From an uncultured delta proteobacterium (GTDB lineage: Bacteria > Desulfobacterota > Binatia > Binatales > Binataceae), in assembly GCA_963794325.1 (NCBI GenBank), contig CAWCDG010000004.1, positions 1,440,001 through 1,504,000 on the forward strand: 64,000 nt of DNA. Reading direction: 5' to 3'. Position 1 is the first letter of the stretch; every line of letters begins with the position of its first letter. Positions 9,683 through 19,369 of the stretch are shown here, piece by piece. The translations under genes were made by a program, and so were the position numbers. The notes under the pieces are model-generated. The model ran no database searches and had not been told where the DNA came from. It saw only the letters and a list, made by a program, of their open reading frames with translations.

Positions 9683-11944
9683 TCAAGGATGGTCGAAAGC
9701 CACTATGTCTTCAAGTGCTGGTGAATGTGAAATTGCGTGCGCAGCGAGCCTGCCAGAAATCACGGCCGCTTCGACGCATCCCGCGTCAAGCCCGCAGGTC
9801 GTCCAATCACCCGCTATAGTCAGGTTGTCGTAGGTGTTATCCAATGGCGAGATGCGGTATTTCTGAGTGCCGGGCAGCGAAAGTACGTAACGTTCGGTCG
9901 GGTTCACATTCGCGGTCCAATGTTGAGAGTCAAAACGAGCGTGACTCCCGCGGGAAGATCGACGACCATGTTTTGTCTCTCCAGGAATCATCAGTAGGTC
10001 CCATCTGAATTTGCCGCGCCGACTTACAGCCTTCGGCCAAAGCTGTGCGATGTCATCGTTGAGATAATGAATCGCATTTTTCTGAACCTCATGGCGTCGC
10101 CGCTTCGGGTAGCTAATAGCTGACATCTCTCCAGGCGTTAACGGATCCTTCAGTGCGCTACAGAAGTAAGCTATAGCTTTCGGACTCACCTTCCAACTTT
10201 CTTCGCGGATCAGGTGACTCATATCTGCCCAGGTTTCGAAAGGCTGCACAAACGCCGACAACGCCAGCGGAGGATCCTGCCATCCTAATTGCTCCATATC
10301 TTCGCGAAGCCAGATCTGAAAGGCCTGTGTGTTTACGGTCTTCAGATGCGTTACCATATCGCGCCAGCGCTGATCTCGTTGAATAAGGTCCTGGCACACA
10401 TACGGAACAGCTCCCAGGCCGACGCCCAGAACGACGAAATCAAAATCGTCGGTCACTCGCAAAGTCTTAGTCGCGGCTTTTGTGCGGTCCCAATGCGACT
10501 CGAAGTCTCGATCATCGCGCTTGAATTTGCTTCCGTCGACCAACTGCGAGTAGTCCGGCTTCGACGGCCAGCAGGGCAGTCCCCCAACATCGATCAATGG
10601 CGAGTATTCCTGGCGGTTCCTGACTTGCGCCTGCACGTCGAACTCGAGTGCTTTGACATAGGGGCGCTCCCCTTCCGCAAGCTCTGCAGGATCGGCCAAT
10701 CTTACTTTTTCCAGGCGATGAAAAAATTTGAAAGTTACTCCGCGTTTTTTCAGTACTTCATACATGGGCGCGAAGACTGTATCCCCCATGCCGGCATGCA
10801 TTTTCCAAAAGATCGCGCCGCGCGAGCTGAACAGCATTCGTAGCGCCCCACGAAGTGCAACTCCAGCCCCGTGTCGCGGACGTTGATAGTCTCCGTCTTC
10901 GTAAGCGAAGACGAGATCGTAGGCGCCGCGGATGATAGGTGACTCGAGTGAACGCTCCGACGCACCATTGATTCGGAGCCACTCGCGAAAGTCGTAGTCG
11001 TTGATAGCGTCGAACCCTCGCGGATCCGAAATCAGGCCGAAGCGAAGAATTCCTCGCATCGATGCCATCGCCAAATCCACAGCCTGCCATAGAATCAACA
11101 GTTCAGGATCGTTCTCAACAATTGCTTCGAGTTGACGTCGAGCACTGGCGGCGATTAGTTCGAGGAGTTGCGCGATCCCGTTGTCCGGATAGATAGAACG
11201 CGGTGCAAAGGCCAGCTCGAGCGTTTCGACAGCTTCAATTAGAGCGGTTGTCGTCGCGATCCAGCCCAGCCCCAGAAGACGTGCTATGCGTTTAGGAGGT
11301 TCGTCTGACGGTTCGGCGGTCTTCGAGTTCGACTTATAGGAGTGTCGCGCCTCGGAAGCGTCGCTTTCTGTTCTAGACGAGCTGCGGCTGCTTCGACTCG
11401 CCTGCGCCGCAAGGAGCAGGGTCCGCAAAATGCTGGCCGTGCGGGCGAGATAAGAGGTGACTGTAAAAGGATCGTTCTCGGTGACGGGATCGCCGGGTAG
11501 GCCGTCGCCCGGCGGGAAGTACGACAAGAAATTCCAATAGGTGCCGTTGTTCGATCGCTGGGTCAGCCCGATAAAAGGGGCTGGGGAGAATGCGTCCCGC
11601 CAATCCGCGATTCTGCATTTGCGCCGATCGCGGTTCAATTCTGTGTAACACTCGCGAATCAGCCGAAATGCATTCTCGTAGGAACCCATCCAAAGATGAA
11701 GGCCGTGTTCTTCGATTCGGTTGGCGGGACCGCGGCCCGAAGCGCCCTTGCCGCCAAGACGCCAGCCGAGTTGATAAATTGTTACCTGGTATTTGCCTTT
11801 GTGCTCTGGACGACTCAGTTCGAAGGCGGCCGAAATCGCGGCGCATCCGCCTCCGATGACGGCGACTTTGATCGGCGTCTCTTTGGGCAATTCATTTGTT
11901 CGCACAATCGGATTTCTCGGCAATTGGGTAGCCGAACGAAACAT
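9683..11944 (-). CDS. FAD/NAD(P)-binding oxidoreductase related to the carotene desaturase (PDS/ZDS/CrtU/HpnE-like) flavoprotein superfamily
   Basis: VAVIGGGCAA dinucleotide fold, RLGGKGASGR, IEEHGLHLWMGSYENAF, C-terminal IAGDWT...GCVEAAVISG. Confidence 0.8.
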   Translation of the reverse strand: MFRSATQLPRNPIVRTNELPKETPIKVAVIGGGCAAISAAFELSRPEHKGKYQVTIYQLGWRLGGKGASGRGPANRIEEHGLHLWMGSYENAFRLIRECYTELNRDRRKCRIADWRDAFSPAPFIGLTQRSNNGTYWNFLSYFPPGDGLPGDPVTENDPFTVTSYLARTASILRTLLLAAQASRSSRSSSRTESDASEARHSYKSNSKTAEPSDEPPKRIARLLGLGWIATTTALIEAVETLELAFAPRSIYPDNGIAQLLELIAASARRQLEAIVENDPELLILWQAVDLAMASMRGILRFGLISDPRGFDAINDYDFREWLRINGASERSLESPIIRGAYDLVFAYEDGDYQRPRHGAGVALRGALRMLFSSRGAIFWKMHAGMGDTVFAPMYEVLKKRGVTFKFFHRLEKVRLADPAELAEGERPYVKALEFDVQAQVRNRQEYSPLIDVGGLPCWPSKPDYSQLVDGSKFKRDDRDFESHWDRTKAATKTLRVTDDFDFVVLGVGLGAVPYVCQDLIQRDQRWRDMVTHLKTVNTQAFQIWLREDMEQLGWQDPPLALSAFVQPFETWADMSHLIREESWKVSPKAIAYFCSALKDPLTPGEMSAISYPKRRRHEVQKNAIHYLNDDIAQLWPKAVSRRGKFRWDLLMIPGETKHGRRSSRGSHARFDSQHWTANVNPTERYVLSLPGTQKYRISPLDNTYDNLTIAGDWTTCGLDAGCVEAAVISGRLAAHAISHSPALEDIVAFDHP

Positions 11945-11969
11945 CCAACATAAGCGCGATTAGGTCAAC

Positions 11970-12072
11970 CGCGGATTCTTACTCGCGAAATCCCAGCCGG
12001 CTCAGCCAGAGACCGAACACCAATCCGGTCGGGCCTGCGCCGACGATGAGAACGTCGGTATCGTGATTTGGG
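11970..12072 (-). pseudogene. Relic N-terminus of an FAD-dependent monooxygenase
   Basis: Translates as HDTDVLIVGAGPTGLVFGLWLSRLGFR, then stop at 11979-11981; VRI continues in a shifted frame; no in-frame start codon. Confidence 0.7.
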
Positions 12073-12088
12073 GCGTGGAGAGAGAGGT

Positions 12089-12117
12089 GTAGTGGCGGAC
12101 GATTGGTCCGCCACTAC
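12089..12117 (-). terminator. Hairpin downstream of the Flp pilin gene
   Basis: Perfect 12-bp stem GTAGTGGCGGAC / GTCCGCCACTAC with a 5-nt loop, followed on the minus strand by a pyrimidine run. Confidence 0.65.
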
Positions 12118-12136
12118 GAGGTTTCAGCTGGGTTGC

Positions 12137-12307
12137 TTACAGCTTCCCGTCAACGCTGCTCAGCAGCGTGGTGATCGTCGTACCCATGGTCTGGTAGCCG
12201 GCGAAAACCACCACCGCGACCGCCGCCATGATCAGCGCATACTCGGCCATTGTCTGACCGCGCTGATACTCGCGCACCTTTACGTACGCCCTCGTGATTG
12301 TGCCCAT
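12137..12307 (-). CDS. flp: Flp family (Tad/type IVb) pilin, 56 aa; absent from the ORF track
   Basis: MGTITRAYVKVREYQRG-QTMAEYALIMAAVAVVVFAGYQTMGTTITTLLSSVDGKL: prepilin G|xxxxEY motif and hydrophobic helix; RBS AAGGAGG. Confidence 0.92.
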   Translation of the reverse strand: MGTITRAYVKVREYQRGQTMAEYALIMAAVAVVVFAGYQTMGTTITTLLSSVDGKL

Positions 12308-12548
12308 TGCCCGTGTCCTCCTTCTTTTGTTGTCCGGCCTGAATTTGCCACCGTCCCTGTGGTAAGCCCAACAGACAGATTAATATACTCTTTGTAGGCT
12401 TGTGTAAAGCGGCGCGCAAACGACAAATTACCAGTAAATAAACGTTGCCGTGATTTTCTTTGCGAGGTGGCTTGAAAGACAAATGGGCGGGACCAGGGAC
12501 GTGCAGCGGGTGAATCAGTCGTGCGAATGACGGAATAGCCGAGATGCG

Positions 12549-13583
12549 ATGACAACTGAAAACGGCTCAGGCATTGTCTCCACAATCTTGCGCGAATACG
12601 GCAGCCTGACGCGTGCCGCGCTGAAGGAGTACCTGCCCGAACGCGAACCGCGCCGCTATCTGTACGACCTCCTCAACGACTACCCGCAACGCGGCGGCAA
12701 GATGATGCGCCCCGGCTTGTGCATTGCTACCGCGCGGATGTTCGGAGCGCCGATCGAGCAGACGATACGCACCGCGGTTGCGATTGAGCTGCTGCACAAC
12801 GCATTGCTGATTCACGACGATATTGAGGACGGCAGCGAGCAGCGCAGGGGCGCTCCCACCCTTCACGTACTTCACGGTGTGCCGCTCGCGCTCAATGCCG
12901 GTGACATGCTCTCGTTGATGGCGTTCCAGCCGCTGCTCGACAATCGGTCCGTCGTCGGCGACGAGCTCTGTCTTCGAATCATCGAAGAAACCCAGCGGAT
13001 GGCGCGTGAGTGTGCCGAAGGACAGTCGATGGAACTCGGCTGGCGCCAGTACAATGCGACCGAAATCGGCGACCGCGAATATCTGGAGATGGTGCTGAAG
13101 AAGACCTGCTGGCTGGCGACGATTTTCCCGATTCGAGTCGGCGCGATAATCGGCAGCCGCGGGACGGCCGACCTCGAAGCGTTTTTGCGATTCGGATTCT
13201 TCCTGGGCGCGGCCTTCCAGATTCAGGATGACCTGCTCAACCTTGTCGGCGACGAGCGCTACGGAAAAGAGCGCGACGGCGACCTCTGGGAAGGAAAACG
13301 GACCTTGATGCTGATTCAAGTCTTCCGCGAATCGACTCCCGACGAGCGAGAGCGCCTTGGCGCGGCGCTGGCTGGCCCGCGGGCAACGCGTTCCCCATCG
13401 GAAGTCAAATGGATGCGTTCGTTGTTCAAAAAATACGACGCATCAGCTTACGCGCGGAGAATTGCTCAAGAGCTGGCGGGAGCCGCGCTTCACGAGTTTT
13501 CTCTGCTATCCGCCGGGCTTCCCGAATCGCGCGACAAAACTTTTCTCGAACAAATGGCGATCTGGGTTATCGAGCGAAACTGA
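12549..13583 (+). CDS. Trans-polyprenyl diphosphate synthase family protein (GGPP synthase-like)
   Basis: GGKMMRP, FARM HDDIED..RRG, GQSMEL, KKT, second motif QIQDDLLN, GDLWEGKRT. Confidence 0.9.
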   Translation: MTTENGSGIVSTILREYGSLTRAALKEYLPEREPRRYLYDLLNDYPQRGGKMMRPGLCIATARMFGAPIEQTIRTAVAIELLHNALLIHDDIEDGSEQRRGAPTLHVLHGVPLALNAGDMLSLMAFQPLLDNRSVVGDELCLRIIEETQRMARECAEGQSMELGWRQYNATEIGDREYLEMVLKKTCWLATIFPIRVGAIIGSRGTADLEAFLRFGFFLGAAFQIQDDLLNLVGDERYGKERDGDLWEGKRTLMLIQVFRESTPDERERLGAALAGPRATRSPSEVKWMRSLFKKYDASAYARRIAQELAGAALHEFSLLSAGLPESRDKTFLEQMAIWVIERN

Positions 13584-13639
13584 CTCGGTTGCGTCGGTTC
13601 GCTGCCGCGGACTATGAGTCAGCAAGGAGATAGTCCGGC

Positions 13640-14980
13640 ATGTCTTCGGAACCTTTCGATCCGCTCGCTTCGTCCGCGCCGCTCATCGTTTACGTAGACT
13701 ACAAGAGTCCGTACGCGTACCTCGCGATCGATCCGACGTGCGCGTTGGAAGACGAACTCGGCATCGAGATTGATTGGCGACCCTTCACCCTCGACATTCC
13801 GAGCTATCTCGGCTCTGCGCGACTCAGCCACGAGGGCAAGGTGGTCGAGAACGAGCGCACGCCGGGCCAATGGACCAAGGTGAAGTACGCGTATCACGAC
13901 GTGAGACGCTACGGGTCTCTGCGCGGAATCGTCATCCGGGGCGCGACCAAGATGTGGGATTCGTCGCTCGCAGGGATCGGAATGCTATGGGCCAAGGATC
14001 AAGGCAGAGCGGTGCGCCGCGCATACTCGGGCCTGGTGTACGAGCGCTTTTGGAAGCGCGAGCTCAACCTCGAAGACGCCGGAGTTATCGAGCGCGTACT
14101 TCACGAGGCTGGCGCACGGACGGCGGGCTTCCATGATTACGCGTCGGGTGAGGGTCGCACGCTCCACGACAGAATCCAGCGCAGTGCATTCGACGCGGGG
14201 ATCTTCGGAGTACCGACGTACGTGGTTGACGGCGAAGTCTTCTTCGGCCGAGAGCATCTTCCGCGAATTCGATGGATGCTCACTGGGCGCTCTGGCGCGC
14301 CACCCGACATTGCCTACCGCGATTTCCCGGCCGAACGCGCGGCGGTGCACGAAAACGTCAAAGGTCAAATCGCGGTCGTGATCGATTTCAAGAGTCCTCA
14401 AGCCTACCTGGCGATTGGGCCAACCTGCGCGCTCGCCGATGAGCTCGAGATGACTATCGACTGGCAACCGCTGATCGTCCCGCCGTCGAAAACGCCGGCA
14501 TCGCCAGCTGCGGGAGATGACCGCGGCGCGCGCCATCGTCGATTCCGTGCGGATTACCTGGAGCGCGATGTTCATCGCTACGCCAATGATCGCGGTCTTG
14601 TGATTGGCGGCCTTCATCGGCGCACGGATTCAACACTCGCCGCGATCGGACTGTTATGGGCCGGACGCCGGGGTCCGTCGCTCGCGCGGGCATACGTCGA
14701 GCGAGTTTTCGAACGCTATTGGCGAGAGACTCTCGACCTCGAAGACGAACGCTCGATACTAGCCGTGCTGACTGAGATTGAGGCGCCGATTTCCGGATTT
14801 GAAGCATTCGTAAAAGGCGATGGCCGCGCTGAGCTCGCGCGAATTCAAACAGAGCTGCGCGACAAGGAAGTCTTCGAGGTGCCAACCTATCTACTGAACG
14901 ACGATACTTTCCTAGGCCGCCAGCACCTGCCACTCATCCGGTCGATCCTTTCGGCCAGCAGTGCGCAATCACAACGCTGA
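13640..14980 (+). CDS. Tandem DsbA-like / 2-hydroxychromene-2-carboxylate isomerase (GST kappa-like) two-domain protein
   Basis: Two homologous halves: DYKSPYAYLA...GIFGVPTY...FFGREHL and DFKSPQAYLA...VFEVPTY...FLGRQHL. Confidence 0.82.
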   Translation: MSSEPFDPLASSAPLIVYVDYKSPYAYLAIDPTCALEDELGIEIDWRPFTLDIPSYLGSARLSHEGKVVENERTPGQWTKVKYAYHDVRRYGSLRGIVIRGATKMWDSSLAGIGMLWAKDQGRAVRRAYSGLVYERFWKRELNLEDAGVIERVLHEAGARTAGFHDYASGEGRTLHDRIQRSAFDAGIFGVPTYVVDGEVFFGREHLPRIRWMLTGRSGAPPDIAYRDFPAERAAVHENVKGQIAVVIDFKSPQAYLAIGPTCALADELEMTIDWQPLIVPPSKTPASPAAGDDRGARHRRFRADYLERDVHRYANDRGLVIGGLHRRTDSTLAAIGLLWAGRRGPSLARAYVERVFERYWRETLDLEDERSILAVLTEIEAPISGFEAFVKGDGRAELARIQTELRDKEVFEVPTYLLNDDTFLGRQHLPLIRSILSASSAQSQR

Positions 14981-15016
14981 AATGCGGAAGCACCCGGAGC
15001 GTCGATGCCCAAGACC

Positions 15017-15065
15017 TGGAGCCACCCGCGGCATTCGAACCGGCGACCTGCCGATTACGAATGAG
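15017..15065 (-). repeat. Degenerate duplicate of the tRNA-Thr(CGT) 3' portion (att-like site)
   Basis: TGGAGCCACCCGCGGCATTCGAACCGGCGACCTGCCGATTACGAATGAG matches 23990-24038 at 45 of 49 positions in direct orientation. Confidence 0.9.
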
Positions 15066-15285
15066 TCCGAAGGCAGGCTGCTATTGATCACCGCGTAACA
15101 AGATTCGCGTGAAATAAGGAGTTTGTTGGAATCGAGATCCGTGGCGTATCCCGGCAAACGCAGACACCGATCACAGAGCCCGACGATAGGTTCTTATCAT
15201 CAAATCACAGAAGGTCGTTCAACTGACGCGGCTTGCTCGCATTCCCGCAGCGGGCGCAAGCGGCGCTACGGCCGGCCGATGATAA

Positions 15286-15918
15286 TCACCTCAATTTCTG
15301 GTCTTTCAGAAAGTTCATTTCTTCCTGCGTGGATTGTCTTCCGAGGGCATCGTTTCGACCTGGGAACCTTCCAAATCGCCGGAATACTTCCAGATGCTGC
15401 TCTGCGTGCTGGAGAATTTCGGTGCAATCGCGATTTTCCGAGACCAGCTCGGACGTGAGCCGCACCGACTCCAATTGATCATTCAGATTTTCGCTATGTT
15501 CGAGCGGAAGGTACAGAAACATTCGCATCATCGGGGACAACGCGCGGTCAAATCCAGCCGAGACAGCGTGGCGGGTCAGTTCGCGCGCCTTTGCGTCAGT
15601 TGCGAACGCTCGGGCGGTGCCGCGGAACATGTTGCGCGGAAATTGATCCAGCAGCAGAACCAGCGCGAGGCAACTTCGCGGATCGTTCTTCCAGTCCTCA
15701 AGCCGTCCGTGCGCGGCATCTTCGTAGCTGGCAAGGAACCGCGTCGTACAAAGCCGGTCGAATTCCGAAGTCGGGAAAAACCAGCGCGATTGAAACATGC
15801 TTTCCCTGGAACCCGGTTCGTCGGCAAACCAAAAGAGCAGAACCTTCTCAGCATCTAACCCAGCATTTTGACTGCCATCCCGAGCTCCACTCACGACGAT
15901 ATACCTCGCTTCAATCAA
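15286..15918 (-). CDS. DUF924 family protein
   Basis: VLLFWF, LALVLLLDQFPRNMFRGT, FLYLPLEHSE, RFGRFPGRN..LGR. Confidence 0.88.
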   Translation of the reverse strand: MIEARYIVVSGARDGSQNAGLDAEKVLLFWFADEPGSRESMFQSRWFFPTSEFDRLCTTRFLASYEDAAHGRLEDWKNDPRSCLALVLLLDQFPRNMFRGTARAFATDAKARELTRHAVSAGFDRALSPMMRMFLYLPLEHSENLNDQLESVRLTSELVSENRDCTEILQHAEQHLEVFRRFGRFPGRNDALGRQSTQEEMNFLKDQKLR

Positions 15919-18900
15919 CTACCCTCGTAACTCTTCCATCAGTGCCTTGGCGTCCTTCAGATCCGCTGTGTCGAAGCCCTCGGAGAACCAGTTGTAAATT
16001 TCTGCGAGCATCGATCGCGCGTTGTCGCGCCCGCCTTGCCTCGCCAGCAGGCGCGCGAGACTGGTCGTTGCGCGCAGTTCCCATGATTTGGCGTGCTGCT
16101 TGCGCGCAATTTCGATCGCGTCGCGGAAAGATTGATCCGCTTGCGAAGTGTTCGAAGCACTCTGAGCCAGCAACAATTCGCCCTTCAGGCGACGGAGCTC
16201 CGCTGCATAGTATTGTTGGCCGGTTCTCTCGATGAACTCGAATGACTCGTCGACGATGCGAAGAGCCTCATCGAAACGGCTCAGCCGTCCCAGGGCAGTG
16301 GCGACAAAGGTGAAATAGCGGTCGCTGATATATTCGGAGCCGGCGGCCTTCAACTCTGACATGTGGAGTCTCATGCGCGCGATGCCGCCATCCAGGTCGC
16401 CGGCCAGCGCATCTGCCCATCCTAAATAAATTTCGCTCAGGACGCGGCCTGTAAAATATCCCGATTCGTTCGCTAGTAGCAGCCTCGCAGCTGCCCTCGA
16501 TTTCATCTGTTCAGGTTCGCGACGGAGCTCGTAAATGTAGGTGGCGAATCCGTGGATGTCCGCAATCATTGTCTTTGGCCCGGAACCCGCGATTTCGGTC
16601 GCGATATTCATTCGCTCGAGTGCGCGGTCCGGGTAACCAAGGAACCACAGGTTCCATCCCGACAAGACGCGGTTGTTTTGCCGAGTCCCCGAACGCCACG
16701 CGAATGCCTGGCCTTCAGTCATTTGCTCGGGGCGCTGCGGTGTCAGACCGGTTGCCGGCTTCGCGTTGGAATCCAGCAGCGCCCACGCTCGATCGAGGCC
16801 AAGGGCTGCTTGCTCGAAGTCGCCCGAAACCATCTTCGCGTATGCCAACCAGTTCGCCGCTTCGGCAACAAGATCGGCTCTCCCGTATTCTTCGGCTCGC
16901 GCAACCAGCTCGGTTCCTATCGCTTCGGCCTGGCGCACATTGGGACGGAGTTGTTGAACGAAAAAGATTCCGAAGAGCGCCGCCCAGGTCTTTTGCCGGT
17001 TGATGCCCGACCGCTGGCAAAGCTCCAGCGCGCGCGCCTGCGACTGCTCGACATCGTGCGAGCTGAAACCTTTGCTATCACCCAGCGGCCCGCTGATTTC
17101 GATCCTGAGGTCCAATTCCAGTTCGGCGCGCCGGTCGTCGTCGGGGAGCTTCTGCAGTTGTTCAAGTCCTTTCTCGAACTGGGCGACCGCTTCGGCATTA
17201 GAGCCCAGGTCGGCGCATTGACGGACCGCGCGCAGACAATATTTCACCGCCTTGGCCGGATTGCCGCTGCGCGCATAATGATGAGCCAGCTTGGCAATGT
17301 AGTCGTCGAGACTGTCGGCATAGGTTGATTCCAACGCCGCGCCGATTCGCTCGTGCAGCAAGCGGCGGCGTTCGTTAAGCACCGAGTGGTAGGCGACGTC
17401 ATGGGTCAGCGCATGCTTGAAGGTGTACTCGAGGTCGCCGACCGAGGGTTGCTCGTAGATGAACTCGGCGAGCTGGAGTTCGGATAGCATCGGTTCCAAC
17501 TCCAGTTCCGGCGGCGCGGCTACTTTGCGGATCAGTGCGAATTTGAACTCGGTACCGATGACCGCGAGCGTCTGAAGCAGATCTTTGTGATCCGGCGCGA
17601 GCCGGTCGATGCGCGCTGCGAGAATAGCCTGCACGGTCGGCGGTATCTTCAGCTCGCCCAGCGACTTGGTGAGTTTTACCGTACCGTTGCGCACCAGCGC
17701 GCCCTCATCGAGCAACACCTGCACAGTCTCTTCCATGAAGAACGGGTTGCCCTCGGTTTTTTCAGTAATGAGTTTCTTAAGCGCTGCTAGTTGCGGGCTG
17801 TCACCGAGCAGCGCCGACAGCATCTCGTCGGCGCTTTCCATTCCGAGTGGGTCGAGCCGCAGCTGCGTGTAGTAAGTCTTGTTGCCCCACTCATGGCGGT
17901 ACTCGGGCCGATAGTTGAACAGCAGCAGGATGCGCGCGGTGCCGATTGAGTCGGCGAGTAGGTTCAGAAATCCCTGCGTCTCGCTGTCGATCCAGTGAAG
18001 GTCCTCGAAAATCACGACCAGCGGCTGGTTGAGGCTTTCGCGCAACAGGATGCGCTTGATCGCATCGAGCGAGCGGCGCTTGCGAGTCTGCGCCTCGACC
18101 TCGGCAGCCTGGTTGTTCTCGTCAGTCAAACCGAGCAGCCCATAGAGATACGGAAGTGCGTCCTCCAGCGAGCGATCGAGCGCGAGTACCCGCCCGGTTA
18201 CTTTCTCGCGTCGCGTGCGTTCGTCATCCTCGGGAGTGATCTTGAAATAGCTCCGCAGCAAATCGATCACAGGCAGAAATGCAGACGCCTTGCCGTGCGA
18301 GACCGAGAACGCCTCCAGCACCATCCAGCCCGATTGCGAGACCGCTTTGAACTCGAAGAACAGGCGCGATTTGCCGACTCCCGCCTCGGCCATCGCCGCG
18401 ACAATCTGCCCGCGTCCAGCCCTGGCCTGATCCGCCGCACGCTTTAGCGATTCCATTTCTGCCTGCCGACCTACGAACTTCGACAAGCCGCGCCCCGCCG
18501 AGCGTTGCAGCCGGGTTCGCAGCGGCCCGAGTCCGATCACCTCGTAAACGTTGACCGGCTCGCTCAAGCCTTTGATTCGGGTCGGTCCAAGCGGCTTGAG
18601 CTGAAAGTACCCTTCGACCATTTTGCGCGTCTGCTCGCTGACCGCGACGGTCCCGGTTCGCGCAAGCGATTGCAGCCGCGAGGCGAGGTTAGTTGTGTGT
18701 CCGATCGGTGTGTACTCAACCTGACCGTCGCCGGTTGCGATCGAGCGGACCACGACTTCGCCGGTGTTTATGCCGACGCGAATCTCGATCGGTGCGCGCC
18801 CTTCGGATTGGAGCCGCGAACCATATCTCAGTAACTCCTCCTGCATCCGCAGCCCGGCATAGAGCGCGCGCTGCGGATGGTCCTCGTGGGCCAGCGGTGC

Positions 18901-19332
18901 GCCGAACATCGCAAAGATGCCGTCGCCGGTCGATTGCACGACGTGGCCATCGTAACGCTGGACCGCAGCGATCATCAGCTTGAGGGCGGGATCGACAATG
19001 GCGCGAGCTTCCTCGGGGTCGAGGTCCTGCTCCAATTCGGTCGAGCCCTTGATATCGGCAAACAACGCGGTGACGGTCTTGCGCTCACCGTCGATAGGCA
19101 GCGGTTCAGCGCTGTTGAGGGTTACGCCAATGATCGGGGGAGTTGAGCTTGACGTTGTCTTCGAAGGCTGCCCGGCTTGCCCGCTCAGAGAAGTCGCACA
19201 TTGCGTGCAGAATTTGGCTTCAGGCGGGTTGTCGAAAGCGCACTTTTGGCATCTGCGCTTGAAGGGAGTTGCACATTGAATGCAAAACTTCGCCCCCTGA
19301 GGATTTTCAGTGGAGCAACTGGCGCAGTGCAT
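15919..19332 (-). CDS. Double zinc-ribbon + class III adenylate/guanylate cyclase + AAA-ATPase + TPR protein
   Basis: CxxC pairs (CASC, CIQC, CQKC, CTQC); ERKTVTALFADIKGST, GDGIFAMFGAP, NLASRLQ; AGVGKS; EDLHWID; start set at MHCASC. Confidence 0.9.
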   Translation of the reverse strand: MHCASCSTENPQGAKFCIQCATPFKRRCQKCAFDNPPEAKFCTQCATSLSGQAGQPSKTTSSSTPPIIGVTLNSAEPLPIDGERKTVTALFADIKGSTELEQDLDPEEARAIVDPALKLMIAAVQRYDGHVVQSTGDGIFAMFGAPLAHEDHPQRALYAGLRMQEELLRYGSRLQSEGRAPIEIRVGINTGEVVVRSIATGDGQVEYTPIGHTTNLASRLQSLARTGTVAVSEQTRKMVEGYFQLKPLGPTRIKGLSEPVNVYEVIGLGPLRTRLQRSAGRGLSKFVGRQAEMESLKRAADQARAGRGQIVAAMAEAGVGKSRLFFEFKAVSQSGWMVLEAFSVSHGKASAFLPVIDLLRSYFKITPEDDERTRREKVTGRVLALDRSLEDALPYLYGLLGLTDENNQAAEVEAQTRKRRSLDAIKRILLRESLNQPLVVIFEDLHWIDSETQGFLNLLADSIGTARILLLFNYRPEYRHEWGNKTYYTQLRLDPLGMESADEMLSALLGDSPQLAALKKLITEKTEGNPFFMEETVQVLLDEGALVRNGTVKLTKSLGELKIPPTVQAILAARIDRLAPDHKDLLQTLAVIGTEFKFALIRKVAAPPELELEPMLSELQLAEFIYEQPSVGDLEYTFKHALTHDVAYHSVLNERRRLLHERIGAALESTYADSLDDYIAKLAHHYARSGNPAKAVKYCLRAVRQCADLGSNAEAVAQFEKGLEQLQKLPDDDRRAELELDLRIEISGPLGDSKGFSSHDVEQSQARALELCQRSGINRQKTWAALFGIFFVQQLRPNVRQAEAIGTELVARAEEYGRADLVAEAANWLAYAKMVSGDFEQAALGLDRAWALLDSNAKPATGLTPQRPEQMTEGQAFAWRSGTRQNNRVLSGWNLWFLGYPDRALERMNIATEIAGSGPKTMIADIHGFATYIYELRREPEQMKSRAAARLLLANESGYFTGRVLSEIYLGWADALAGDLDGGIARMRLHMSELKAAGSEYISDRYFTFVATALGRLSRFDEALRIVDESFEFIERTGQQYYAAELRRLKGELLLAQSASNTSQADQSFRDAIEIARKQHAKSWELRATTSLARLLARQGGRDNARSMLAEIYNWFSEGFDTADLKDAKALMEELRG

Positions 19333-19369
19333 ACTGGGTCGATCAGTTTTGGCGGTTGTTCGATAGCTG

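Noticed and set aside
12310-12410. c-di-GMP riboswitch or sigma70 promoter upstream of flp
   Set aside because: No recognisable GEMM core; TTTACA is present but the -10 match or spacing is poor
15017-15065. Second functional tRNA
   Set aside because: The 5' acceptor strand and D-arm are missing and the T-stem has mismatches
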